Made by a program: the position numbers and the translations under genes
In this document: positions 24,866 through 37,100 of the stretch, one piece after another
Numbering within the stretch: position 1 is the first letter of the stretch
Layout of the letters: every line of letters begins with the position of its first letter
NCBI GenBank assembly: GCA_030141605.1
Contig: JAQGDQ010000131.1
Coordinates: forward strand, 62,001 to 126,000
Origin: Tubiluchus corallicola
Lineage: Eukaryota > Animalia > Priapulida
Direction of reading: 5' to 3'
DNA length: 64,000 nucleotides
Notes under the pieces: generated by a model
Told to the model about the DNA's origin: nothing
The model's database searches: none
Seen by the model: the letters and a program-made list of their open reading frames with translations, nothing else

Positions 24866-27800
24866 CGTGATTGTATTTGTGGTTTCCATGGGTGCTGTGT
24901 ACGGGTGTGTATTTGTCAACTGTTAACTTTTGGGTATTCTACGCTCAACTATGGTGTATGCATGTCGTGCGACATGCGGCTAATTTGATGACTCTAACAA
25001 CAAAGTTTTCTTACGCTTGTGCAGCAGCTTCCCTACCATAGCTGTAGAACATAACTGTTCTATATTCACTGTAGTTCTTCTCACCTGCAGTTTTCTGGAA
25101 GGTGAACTTGTGGTATTAACTGAGCAACCTGAAATATACTGCAGGAGCTAAAGCATTTTAATTCCAACAAACATGGAATTACTCTTTGTTTCAGCAGTTT
25201 TAATTTTGTTTGAAACAAGGTCATGTAAACAAGTTAACTTTCATGGTTTGTTAAACACGCCTGCTTCGTGTGTTTCAGGTTGCTCTCCCTAATCACCAAA
25301 GTAGGAAGAGGAGGAAAAAAGCGTCTAGTATCTGGAAAAGGTCCCGGTCGTCCACGTAAGGTGAAGGAGGAGCTGGAGTAGAATTCACAGAAGAGCTGCA
25401 GTTCTCTTGCTGGTTCAAGAATGGAAGCAATGGCTCACTTTGTGAAGAAACGTTTTAATGCATCTGTTCTTTATGGCATTCCATTGAGAACACCTATGTT
25501 GGGGTTGTATTACAGCACAGTTTTTTTTAATATAATAGTCGGCAGTTCACTGGAGAACAAACTTGAGCAGTCATGTTCTTGTAGCTGTTTTAGTGTTTTG
25601 TTGTGAATGTCAAAGACTAGCATGCACGTCTAGGACCATCACAGTGAAGAGCTGAGATGTAAATGGATGTGATAACTTTTGCATTCAAAATCGCGCTGAT
25701 GGAGTGAGCATGAATCCATTGATTTAATCATGCTACCTTTTCATTTACTTGTTGATCATGTCTGGAGCTTAGAATTGTTTCTACTCAGTAATAATGTGAC
25801 TTCGAAAGAATAGTATAAGCTTTTCCTGAACAACGTGTAGTACGAATTGCATTGTTGACTTGCCGTGCTTATGCTATGGCTTTCTGATCGTTTATACATC
25901 CTAACTTGTTTCCTAGTTTTAGTTTGTAGTATAATTAAACTTATATGAAGTTTATAGTTGCAATTCAGAGATGTATTGTATTTTGTAGAGATCTAGTACC
26001 TGTACAATAATTGTTTTTATCTATGGATTATGTATCTGAATAGTTTCACGCTTTTATAGCTGCTTCGAGTGCTGAATTAAGAAATCATGGTGATTTGTGT
26101 TTGTTTCTTGATTGCACGTCTAAAGTTGCACAAAATTTCTGTTTATATTAGCAGTGTGTTTAGGAATTACCTCACCCAACAGGTTGACCAACTTGCATTA
26201 AAAAATGTGTTCATTAACATTATGCACAACCTTGCACATATGTTTTGTGCAATCATCACTGAAACTGCAGCCTAAACTTGGCATTTGTTGAAGGTTTCTT
26301 GTATAAAAACGCCAATATAGTTGTAATATAGACTATGAAGTGTACAGTGTCACAACGCGATACTGCTGGCCTTTTGATATTTATTCTTGAAGTCACAAGT
26401 TTAGAGCTGCTTAAATATAGATTCTAGCAATTTTGACTAATTACGGAGAGCTTAATTACAAAGGTATGAGTTATGGGAGTTGAACAACATCAAAGCTTCT
26501 CATTACCTGAGTGATCCCATTAAACGTGTTTTGTTGCTTCCGGGTGTTTCTTGCATTGAGAAGAGGAAGATACATTACCAAAGTCTGCCAGTTCGGTATC
26601 TCATCTTGATGATTACCAACGATAATCACCTAAATCCTGGTCCTGTCACAACTATTTCAATTATTGCAAAGGGTCTGCCCTGTTCAAGATTGCAGTGCAT
26701 TGAACTATACTAAAAATACAAACATTTTTGTACAAACAAACAAAGGGAGAATGTTCATGTGTCCCTTGTGCAAATTATAAAAGGCTTGGGAAATTTGGTT
26801 TCTGTTATTAACAATTGGTAAATGTTACCCTTGTTTTATAACTGTTGGGACTTTTATTGTTAATTGAGTTCACGTGAAAAACTTTTTATTTTAATTTGTT
26901 GATTATCATTTTGATTGTTGAGTGTGACATTTTCAAAATAGCTGAGTCTTGATATTGTAGATGCCCTCATTCAATGGGGCATATTTATTTTGACGATATT
27001 GAACGAATGTTATATTAATATTATATTTCTTATTTGTGTGATAATATTTTGCAATAAATAAACTAGTAAATCAGGTACAGAAAATAACTTAGTGTTGATG
27101 TTTTCAGTCTGACATTTTGCCAATACATGGCTAAATTTACCTATCTGTAGTATCCAATGATTTGATGACTGCTGGTTCAATTTCATACTGACAGTTCTGA
27201 TTTTGGTGTCTGTAACAGCAATAAATTGTCAATGTCATTGTAGCACATTCAATAAGTTGCTTTTATGATTCTGGGAGAAACTGCCTTCTTAAAAGCATCA
27301 TGCAATAGTCCATATTCTTGAACTTACCTATTATGATGGAAACAGTGTAGTGAACTAGACATGAAAATGTTGGGTTTTTTTACCAATTTGGTGGAGTGAT
27401 CGTGAAAATAAATTTTAACTGATCTTTATTTAAGTTTTTTAAGGCTGTCTGAGACTAGCCAGTAAATGTGTAGTTCAGATTTACTCATTTTATGACAGAA
27501 CAAATTGATCCAAGGCTGAAAATATTGAGAGGGGTTAAATATTCAAAATGAGTTAGTGCTCTTCTTACTTAGACTTGCTGTAATCATAAAAGAACAAGGT
27601 CAAAATGCTGTTGTCCTAGCAAGGGAATTTTTTTAAGAATGACTTTCATAAAAGAATTGTTAGTGCCGATACCTAATTTCATTGTAGTTAGCATGGCTAA
27701 GTGTTTCATTACTACATGCTTCTTTCGCACTTAAATGGACTATAGCTCCTCTATCTCAGAAGCATGTTGTGCAAAAAGTAGGCACTACGCCTAAATTAGG

Positions 27801-30800
27801 AGGATAGCCCACTTATGACATGAGACAGCTTAATGAAATCACGTGTTAGCCCAGTGGAAATCTCAAAATTTGAACTTTAAATGTGCAGAATTGCATTTTT
27901 TGCTAGCGGTATTGTCAAGTGTCTGACATCAACCCTGTATTTCACAGGTCATTTTACAAGCACTAGCAAAATGCCCATGAGCTTGTATCAACCTTGTCTT
28001 TTTATTAGTTATTCCTAAGAATAAAAATTTATAGTATCAAATGTACTACAAATGAGAGACTAAACGTTTTTGACCTTACTATTAACCTTCATTTATTGCA
28101 ACCACGTGTTGTTTGCAGGCCATCTAAGGCTAGAATTCCCACATTTCCAACCACACTGAGAAGGGCGAGTGAAGTACCGAACACTGCAAATGATGAAGTA
28201 CTAGATAGCACAACACCAGTCGCAGCACAGTTGCAAAGGTATGTGAAGTTTGTTATGCTAGTTGGGTAATAACTATAACACGAAATTAGAAGTGCTATAG
28301 TTGAATGTTTTGAAGTTTTCTTTATTCATACTGTTTTGTGAAGTTTTATTTTTGTGGCTACCTGGCATTTATTAAGCATTTAAGGCTAAATCCAACAGTA
28401 GTAATAGTAGCGCTGCCCACTAACAATGACAGGATTGTTTTGATTTGTTGCTGTACATGCAGTAAACTCTTAAAAATGAATTTGTTGTTTTGTTTTTATC
28501 ATATTACAAGTAACTTTTCTAGTACGAATGCTAAATTTACTATGACTGAAATTTTTTTGACAAATATTTTTAAGTGTGTAGCTTTTTACATCAACAACGT
28601 AGGTTACTCAAGGTCTCGCTACTGTATATTTTTAATTTTTATACAAAACCAAATGCTTGTTAAATGTCATATGAAAAACCCGGGATTGTTTCACAGGAGG
28701 TTACAATAGTTTATGCAGTTTTCAGCGTTAAATAGAAATGTTTCTCAGGAGGTTACAATAGTTTATGCAGTTTTCAGCGTTAAATAGTAATGTTTCTCAG
28801 GAGGTTACAATAGTTTATGCAGTTTTCAGCATTAAATAGTAACTAAGAGCCTGGGCACTGTTGTATTAGTTATACGTGAACGACTTGTACAACAACATCT
28901 ACATGTGGCTACTGTCCTTTTATGAGTTTCATCTAACAAAACACTGATGTTTGTGAATCCATTGTGGTCAACACATTAGTCAAGAACCTTAGACAATTTG
29001 TCTTTTGTAATGTTTGTGAATCCATTATGGTCAACACATTAGTCAAGAACCTTAGACAATTTGTCTTTTGTAATGTTTGTGAATCCATTATGGTCGACAC
29101 ATTAGTCAAGAACCTTAGACAATTCATCTTTTATAATTTCATAGTGATTGACTATTTTGCACAACTTGTCTGGTTGTTCATTGAGTAACTGATTGTTTCA
29201 GATCGTCTGCACAAGAAGTATCGTCTCCACTCCAAATTGCAAGTGGAAGCATAGCACAGTGGCTGGCAGGCATGGGTCTAGCTGCATACTCGGATGATTT
29301 TGCCTTAAAGGGGCTGACTAGTGTGTCTCAGTTGGATGATTTCACTCTGGAGGTATGTCTGAGTGAGAAAAGGTTCATGGCTGAGTGGACAGGCACACGT
29401 ACCACTTTCATGCGAGAGTAGCGTGGCCATCTTGGTTCTATACCAGATCATTCCATACAGTTTCATTCATAAACCATAACTGTTTGCGGTTTGGAGGGAG
29501 TTTGTATATGCAGACATATGTGGTTGAGACACCTCTATTGATTCTGTTGCTGATCTTAGAGAGATGTACTTCATAGTGAGCCAGGTTCCAGTCATGCTAT
29601 GTACATCTTGTTGAGTATGCCGTGCCTTATTGTGTTTTCCGACATGTGCCTAAGTGCATAAAAATGTATTTGATCATCTGGATAGTACCAAGTGGGCCTA
29701 AAGTGCTGAGCAGTTTTGTCATTTGTATATAATGATAAAGTGCTGAGCTTGTAATTTGTATGTAACTTAACGCAATGAAGTTCTTTTGTTTGACCGTTCT
29801 GTCAATATGCTGTAACATTTGTGAGGCTGGATAAATTATACTGGTACAGCCAGACTCATTTGCTAATTAAACTTACAGTTATAATCATTTTGCCTTTAGA
29901 TGCTTGATAGCATGAAAATTGGAAGCTCACACAGAAACAAAATTTGGAAGGCAGTCTTGGACTTGAGACAATCACATGTTACGAGCAGTCAACATGATAT
30001 GGGTGCACACAGGTAACAACTTTTCACGTAAAACAATGAAAAAAATGATAAAAGGCATTCATTTTGGAAATTTAAAAAAATGGACCAGAAAACTATTCTA
30101 TTTTGTTTATGGCTCAGTGGTTAAGGTGCCCATACTTGGGTTCGATACTCTTTCTGGGCAGTACGATTAGCAAAACCTCAGCTGTTTACCTTGTAGAGGG
30201 ATGATGTATATACATCCAAACATGGCTGAGACACCTCTGCCAGTTCAGTGCCTCATCTTAGGTTCATGTGGGTGGTGTGTGGCCATCTTGGTTCAATACC
30301 AGATCACTCCGTGCAGTATCATTCGTAAACCAAAACTGTTTACCTCCCAACTAAGGGAGAGTGTAAGAAGTATGCATATGCAGTCAAATATGGCTGAGAC
30401 AGCTCTATTGGTTTGGTGGCTCATCTTAGACAAATATCCTTGATAATGAGCCAGGCCAGTCATGTCAGGGATTCAGTTCACCACAAAATTTCTTTGAGTA
30501 CGTCCTACCTATTAGTGCTTTCTGGCAAGCAGTGTATAGTAAATCATTTTTGAGATGTGGAATTTACAAAGTCCCACTTCTGACTCTGATCATTGTCTTT
30601 TTGGGGTCACAAATATAGGATTACTGCAATTCAAACACAAATTTCTGTTTTAAATATATGTCTGGAAATTGTAAAATTCTCTTTCATTCTCACCTTAACC
30701 TTATTGTGTGCCATGTACAACATTTTTGGCAATTCATTTGATTTTCGTTTTGCAGATGTGTAATAACTAAATATTAACAGTCACAAAACAATCATCCCTC

Positions 30801-31659
30801 ACACAGCCATTAGTAACTGTACTCGGACAGCGACAGCCGATGGCAGCACAAATATAAACTATTACCACCATAAATAGTACTCATGTTGGCAAAAAATACA
30901 CAGTTCATTTTTGAGTCTTAGCACAAAAATAACTTACCATTATTACCTTGATTGTTATCAGTAATTTTGCTTAAATTTTCCACTATTTTTATTTGCAGCG
31001 CATCCAGCAGCGGAACAATGTCTGTAGGAAGTCAGACATTCTCAAACAGCCAAGGTTTCAATCCTGGGTATTTTGAGGTTACTAGGTAAGATTGATTTTG
31101 CAGTGTTATTTAGCTGCACCTGTAAAGTTACCCTATACAATTTTCCTAGAAATGAGACTACTGTGAAGCCACTTTTACAGACAACGCAACTTTGTGGATA
31201 AATCCTTATAGAGAATACATTTATTGTTATTCTGTCCATGTTGTTTTCACAAAACCTTCATTCGGTGAGAGCTAGTCTTTCGCATTTATGCTTCTTAAGA
31301 CAAGAACGCTGATTGTTAACCTTTCATATGGTAAGCGTAAGCCTCATTGAAACCATTTCAAGCCTCTTTGCACTAAAATCCTGTTGGCGGCATGATGTCA
31401 ACAATGCATGCAATGCTTCTCCTTGTTTCAAAATGGTTTGTGAACACTCAAGCCAATTCGAAAACAGTTTAGTGAAAATGTTTGCCAGGTAAAATGGGTA
31501 TGTGTCTCTTCTATAAACTTCTCACTTCTAAATTATGCTTTCAGGTATACCTTCAAGCATACCATAAAACTCAAGGATGAGCCAGTTTGTATTAAAAAAG
31601 AAAATTCTGATAAGACCAATATTGAGAACGATTTGAATCAGCGAAATGAAGATGCATAA
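14965..31659 (+). CDS. TP63: p53/p63/p73-family transcription factor, long TA-DBD-OD-SAM-TI isoform, 14 coding exons, ~616 aa
   Basis: Exons 14965-15071, 15371-15530, 18713-18817, 19167-19255, 19588-19663, 20406-20589, 21497-21725, 22388-22580, 22953-23074, 28119-28238, 29202-29352, 29900-30012, 30999-31085, 31545-31659 are all in phase. TAD: PPLSQDTF..W. DBD: YPGEY, KSASWTY, VKRCPNH, HLVR, RHSV, FMCYNSCVGGLNRRP, EVRICACPGRDR. OD: EIFTLQVEGRENYELLLKIKQSLEL. SAM: SIAQWLAGMGLAAY..HRNKIW. TI-like motif: PGYFEVTRYTFKHTI. The symbol is nominal: this is a pro-orthologue of TP53/TP63/TP73. Confidence 0.95.
16816..16837. promoter_or_regulatory. Perfect palindromic p53-family (p63-type) response element
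   Basis: aAGACGTGTTC|GAACACGTCTt: two abutting decamers, each RRRCGTGYYY on its own strand, with zero spacer. Confidence 0.65.
16971..17018 (+). CDS. Candidate alternative first coding exon (DeltaN isoform) of the p53-family gene, MLKKRFRCGKCGFKRV
   Basis: ATG at 16971 followed by 16 codons and donor GTG|gtgaga in phase 0, compatible with the phase-0 acceptor at 18713. It is preceded by TATTAAA (16889), an Inr-like TTAGTT (16920) and the palindromic RE. Confidence 0.55.
20669..21290. mobile_element. Degraded pogo/Tigger-like MITE (left end visible only)
   Basis: Starts TA-cagtaggcaccgcttaat. The right TIR is not identifiable and the end coordinate is a guess. Confidence 0.3.
24781..24862. 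repeat. (GA)n microsatellite
   Basis: Directly visible. Confidence 0.97.
25279..25381 (+). CDS. Alternative terminal exon of the p53-family gene (short SAM-less p53-like isoform, ~455 aa)
   Basis: Acceptor tgtttcag| in phase with donor 23074. Encodes QLLSLITKVGRGGKKRLVSGKGPGRPRKVKEELE*. The exon is GC/purine-rich against AT-rich flanks. Tandem AATAAA at 27053-27062 lies before the SAM-isoform exons. Confidence 0.7.
28687..28842. repeat. Tandem repeat, 52-bp unit x3
   Basis: Units start at 28687, 28739 and 28791 (tgtttc(a/t)caggaggttacaatagtttatgcagttttcagc(g/a)ttaaatag..). Confidence 0.95.
28947..29137. repeat. Tandem repeat, 63-bp unit x3
   Basis: Units start at 28947, 29010 and 29073 (atgtttgtgaatccatt(g/a)tggtcaacacattagtcaagaaccttagacaatt..). 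Confidence 0.95.
29380..29630 (+). mobile_element. SINE-like dispersed repeat copy
   Basis: Shares gtggccatcttggttc..taccagatca..ctgttt..tgagacacctct..atcttag..tgagccagg with 30270-30470. Confidence 0.55.
30110..30500 (+). mobile_element. tRNA-derived SINE (two adjacent or nested copies)
   Basis: A box tggctcagtgg (~30110) and B box ggttcgatac (~30139). The body motif gatgtatatacatcc..tgagacacctctg..gttcagtg.ctcatct recurs at ~30370, ~38230 and ~44765. Confidence 0.6.
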
Positions 31660-32699
31660 GCACCATCATTATATTAGAGCTTTGGAGCAAAATGTGTGAA
31701 GATATGGATGGCAGTTATGAAAAGAATGTTTTTACAGTCATAAAGATGACTTATTGGTTTTTTAATGTTTTGGGCACAAAAGAATTATCTGTGAATTAAA
31801 GTGAGTGTTTTTATGATACTGTCCATTTCATTGGCTAATTTGGATGATTTGTGCCAGATGCCAGGACTGGCTGCAAAAGGGCTTGCAGTATGTGCTACTT
31901 GTTAGTTTTAACTAGCAAATATAAATCCAATGAAGTGTGCAGATAATTTTATAATGGTTTTATTTTGGTGCCATACATTCCAGAGTAAAAACAAAAGAGG
32001 AGTCAAAACAAAGGCCTTGATACGGAGTGCATTAATGTGACCTTTAACACTACATTGTGCACATTCTGTATTTTGATTTTGTAAGAATAGGCCATATAAA
32101 TGTGAAATTTTTGTATAATATTCTCATAAATAACAAAAGAGCCGTGGAAATACTGTGTAGTGATAATTGCAGTTATTACTGTTCATTTGTAGTAACAAAA
32201 GTGTTAGTGTTAAAGTGATTTTGAAGAGTCATGATTTCTTATGTAACTTTGCTGGTGCTTAATAACAGTTGTCTCTTTTTTTAAAGTTTCTCAAAAAGTT
32301 GATTATGATATTTAGTATTGATAAGCTGCAATAAGGGGTATTGCAATGAGTAAAAAGAGTGTGCAATGATTTCTCGTTAGTGATGCAGAATTTGTTGCTG
32401 TAAAACTAGTTGAACTTTTAGATATTCATGAATTATCAAATTTTGTTTTTATACTCAGTTTGAATATTTGTCCAACGCCTCGTTATTGCCACAGATAATA
32501 ATGTTGCACTTTTAATAGTATTAAAGTTTCTTGTGATATGATCATATAAATCAGTTATAGATCTGCAGTATTATTTTGATATTGTGCATAATTTTTTTTT
32601 ATGAAAGTGCCTTTCCTTTTAAAATTGGCAGTTGTCAAAAAATTAACGTTTCAGTTCTCTGTGCATTATTCTTAGCAGCAATCTGAAAGGTGAAATAAA

Positions 32700-32805
32700 A
32701 CAATTAAATTTGTTTCATAGAGACATTGTGCTCGTTCATCTAAATATTTTACAACAATTAAATTAGTTACATAGAGGATTGTGCTGGTTCATCTAAATAT
32801 TTTAC
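32700..32805. repeat. Imperfect tandem duplication (~54 bp x2) in the p53-family 3' UTR
   Basis: acaattaaatt.gtt.catagag..attgtgct.gttcatctaaatattttac occurs twice. Confidence 0.8.
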
Positions 32806-34101
32806 TTACAAATTATGTGGTAATTTTGTTTTATATGACTGCTGTAAATAAATCTTGAAGGACTAAAATGTTTAGTTTTTAAACAGATTGATTTTTCTGC
32901 AACCTGCCAGATTTTATTAGGCAAATTTTGATGTCCTTGTGATTTTATTAGATTGTATTACACTTGTCACTGGTGCTTTGCAAGGAAAAGATCATTCCCT
33001 AATCATGTTAATTTGTTTTTAAGGATTATTATAGTTTATGATGCAATGCAAATGCTCAGTTATTTTAGTTTTCTTTTTGCTTGCTGTATGTTTAACATTA
33101 TGAATCGTTGATTTTTTTTTATTTAGGTTTAGATTATGTTCTTCTATGTATTATATGAACACTATTTCATTTCTTAATCGTAATTTAAATTTTATCAGGT
33201 ATTATAAGCATTCAAGGTTCGTCATTTGAAACCAAACAGTACCTGCATTTGAATGTCATAGTCATTTATTGCTTTGATCCTTAGTTATCCTGTTAAATTT
33301 GTGAGATAATCAAAAATGTATGCAATGCTTAGTTTTGTATATAGTTTTTAGTGTGCTGAAATTTGTTATTGGACCAAGTTAGGTTATCGGACGTAATCAG
33401 ACCAATTATTGTTATTGGACAGCCAGATTATAAAGCTAGTGGTAATTGTGTGATTTGCACGAAGCTGTTTAGAGTTACTTTTTAGTTTTTTGACATTTAG
33501 TTAAATAATATTACAGTTAGTTTTGGATGTTTGATAAGATAAGTTGTGATAAGATTAATCTGTTATCAGTTCTCGTAGCGACTGTAAGAAAACGTATATA
33601 AACTGATTTAATTTTTAACCTGTGTTCACGTACAAGTTATGTAAGAAAACTTGTAATTTAATCAAAATAAGACTATAAAAGCTTGATAGAGAATATATAC
33701 CCTCTTGTCTTATTGTAATGGCACACAAGTGTAAAAGCTATGATGTGATACACATTAGACACCTAAAATATGTTTTTGTGATGATCATTATTCCTTAAAA
33801 AAACTTGGTGCCAATATATAGGAATATGCTCGTTTATTTTGCAATAAAAATTTTATGAAAAATATTTGCCTGTACATTATTTAATCGCTATATTATATTC
33901 CGAGTAGAAAAGCAACAATTCCTGCCTGAAGAAACAAGATTCGGTGAAACAGACTTGACCAGTTTTGCAAAACCGTGAGTCTAAAGGCTAATTAAGTACA
34001 TTAAGAACCTTCGTTTTTTTTGACTCACTGACAACTAATTTTATTTACACAAACAATTCTAAGGTTAGCAACATTTTTAAAATTTATCTGTAATAAGATG
34101 A

Positions 34102-37100
34102 CTAGAAATAATGAGTTCCCCGACCTCGCGAATAACCTCGACCTCTACCTCTGTGATAGACACCTCTGGAGTAAGTTGTGCTCTTTTTGCCTGATGAACG
34201 GCTACCAGAGTGCTTGCTGCTTCCCTAATCAAATAAAAAAGCAAATTACAGTGATTACACACAAAAAACTTGTTTAGTGCCACCACTGGCACTTCAAAAC
34301 TGCAAAAACTGCACTGTTTCACACTTCCGCCAACATACTCCGCCAGTTTTAGATGCACATTAGTGCACTACCATCTGCTATAAAGAAGATCCTAACAGTC
34401 AATCAAAAACTGCAAAATTTATTGTTCTTGAAAATACCAGCCATGACTTCGGAAATGATTCAACTTAACCAACCTATGAGCACTAAACAAATGGGAAACT
34501 ATCAGAATCAATGAGGTTTAGATACCAAAAACAGATTACGATAGCCAAAAGTGTAAGGAATAAGTGAGAATGTGAGATGGCACTCACGCTATTCAAGTTG
34601 CGTACATTTTAGCTTTTGAATTCATAAATTCTCAAATAATGATCATAAATGGCCAATGATAATAAATGGATGAAAATAACTATTGTGACCACAGATATTG
34701 GAAAGTCAATGACCCATAAGTGAATAAGCGTCGTGCAATGTTTTTAATTTCATATCGGTGCTCTTAGTTCAGTTAGTACATATGTGAAGTGAATAAACAG
34801 TTTAGTCAATTGTGTTTTTTATCATATTTCATAAGTGTGCCTAATACACAGTAGTGATGAGACTGATTAATCGTTTATAATCAATCTGGGTTTTTATTTC
34901 CATTCACTGATTACTGTATTACCAATATAGTTTTGAACTTTTTGGAAAAATCCACAGAAATCAACAGGTACAACCTTCACTGCAATAAATTCAAGTAACA
35001 CGATGCTACCTTTGAGTAGTAACTTGGTGCAATGGAATCGCCACTTAGATGTGAAAGTTTGTTACAAGCATGAACACGTGTTCATAAATTTCAAAATTAC
35101 TTTTTATACACCTGAAAATTGACATAATCAATTATCGAATTAGTTTCCCATCCGATTAATATTTTATAAAAATGCAACTGTTACATACACCAGTTCTTAT
35201 AACACTCCCTGCAGCAGCAAACAGACTCACCTTGCTTTTCAGTTTCTTGCCTTTTTTATTTGGATCATAAGGTTCATCTTTATTACTGCTACCACCTAAA
35301 TTAAAACACACAGCATATGAGAAATTGTATAGAACAACTATTACTAAATTTTTTAGATAGTAAATCTGCTTCTATTATGTTTAATCAGCAGTATGGTACA
35401 CAGAAAATTAAATAATTAGCATCAATTTGTAATTCTTTCTAGGTAGAATGCTTAATTTGTAAAGATATCAGCAGTCACACAACAAAGCAACAGCGAACTT
35501 TGTTGTTTCTTAGATGACATGCATAGATAAGTTTGACAATTCAAGAACAAACTGCAAGATTGTTGATAACAAAAGATGATAAAATAAACGTGTGAATGGA
35601 CATGCAAAAGGCAAAAAGTCAAAAATGATATAAACATGTGATGATCGCATTATGTGCACTAAAAAGTAACACACTTAAAGACAGTTAAAAACTTAATATA
35701 ATTGCTTACTTGCAAAAACTGATGTGTCTGATTTGCTATAATCAAAAGGTGTAAACGTCTTCTTTTGTTCTGGTTCCACTTGTTTCTTGTCAATGATTCG
35801 AGACTTTTTATTGACAGGTTGCAGGTTTGAGTTCGAAGATTGTACAGCTATGTCCGGCACTGTCCGTTTCTTCTTCTTTTTCTTTTCCATCTAATGTAGA
35901 ATATTAGAAACAGACTCATCAAAATTTAATCGATTACTTTTGAAAGAACTGATGCAAAACAACTGGCATATCAACTGTCAATAAATTGCAGAGAAAAGGA
36001 AGATGACAGGCAAATAAAGAGAAACTAAAATTTACAAGAAAGAGAAAGGGGGAATTTTTCTCTCTTATCAATAAATGCCAGGATACTGTTACTTACACTG
36101 TTAGTATTATTTACAATATAGCTACTTAGAAAAACTAGTACAAGTGACAAAGTCGGCAATCGCCATCTACTGAATTACTATTGAACTAACTGGAGCTGGT
36201 GTACCTTTACATTAAGTCTGTGGCACATCGAAGTCTAGGAAACATTCTAACAACTCTGTACAAGAAACTCAATTACATCTTGTACATAATTTACACAATT
36301 ATTAACATGTCTAACACGTAGTTATGGTACCTGTTCTCGTAACGTTTTTATATGATTAGCTACTGTCTCCTCAGCTTTCCGTCGCTGTTCTTCCTCTTGC
36401 TTCTTTTTCTCCAGTTCTGCCCTTTCTTTCTCTTCTTTCTTTTCCATTTCTTGGCTAACATTAACAATTGATGATCCGGGTGAGATGAATTGCTGGTTCA
36501 ACTATTTAAAAAACAATATAATTAACCATGACACATTTTTAGATATCTTTGTACTAACAAAACTAGCAAATCTGTTAGAGTAACGTGCATTTGCAGCGTT
36601 GAAATTTTGAAAAAGTTTTACAGTTGCTCGACATTACGACATTTTCTTGATAATTCTCAAAATGCGTTCTCACAACTAGTCTACTGTATTCATGTGATAT
36701 TTTAAAACTTCTTTCAATGCAATTATTCAGTCTTTCAAAATTTACTGCATACAAAATTTCAAAACCAATTAGTACGAAGATGCAAGCATATTACTACCAT
36801 GCAATGATACTGCTGGATTATGTGCATTTTGTTATCATTTACGAATTGTATTCATTGCATTCATTATAGCTCAAATTTCAAATTTTTGCATTGCTATTTT
36901 AAAGGTAATGACATAGTAAATTTACATTACGAGAAGTACGTTTCAGGCAATTCATGTGTAAACTGCTTTTATAATGCATTATATAATCAATATGAAAATA
37001 GTTGGTAAGAATAATTTTTGAAGCTAGAGCCATGCTAAGTGACAACTGATGTTATGCAACTTTCTATGCGAAAAATATAACTGTACTTTTTGTATCATGG

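Noticed and set aside
28687-29137. Regularly spaced repeats as a possible CRISPR array
   Set aside because: The units are head-to-tail with no unique spacers, lie in a eukaryotic intron, and there are no cas genes.
33365-33422. Short gttattggac/gttatcggac repeats in the 3' UTR
   Set aside because: Likely remnant of MITE subterminal repeats; no termini found.
34077-34358. 93-aa minus-strand ORF as a separate gene
   Set aside because: It is an off-frame reading that overlaps the EXOSC10 last exon.
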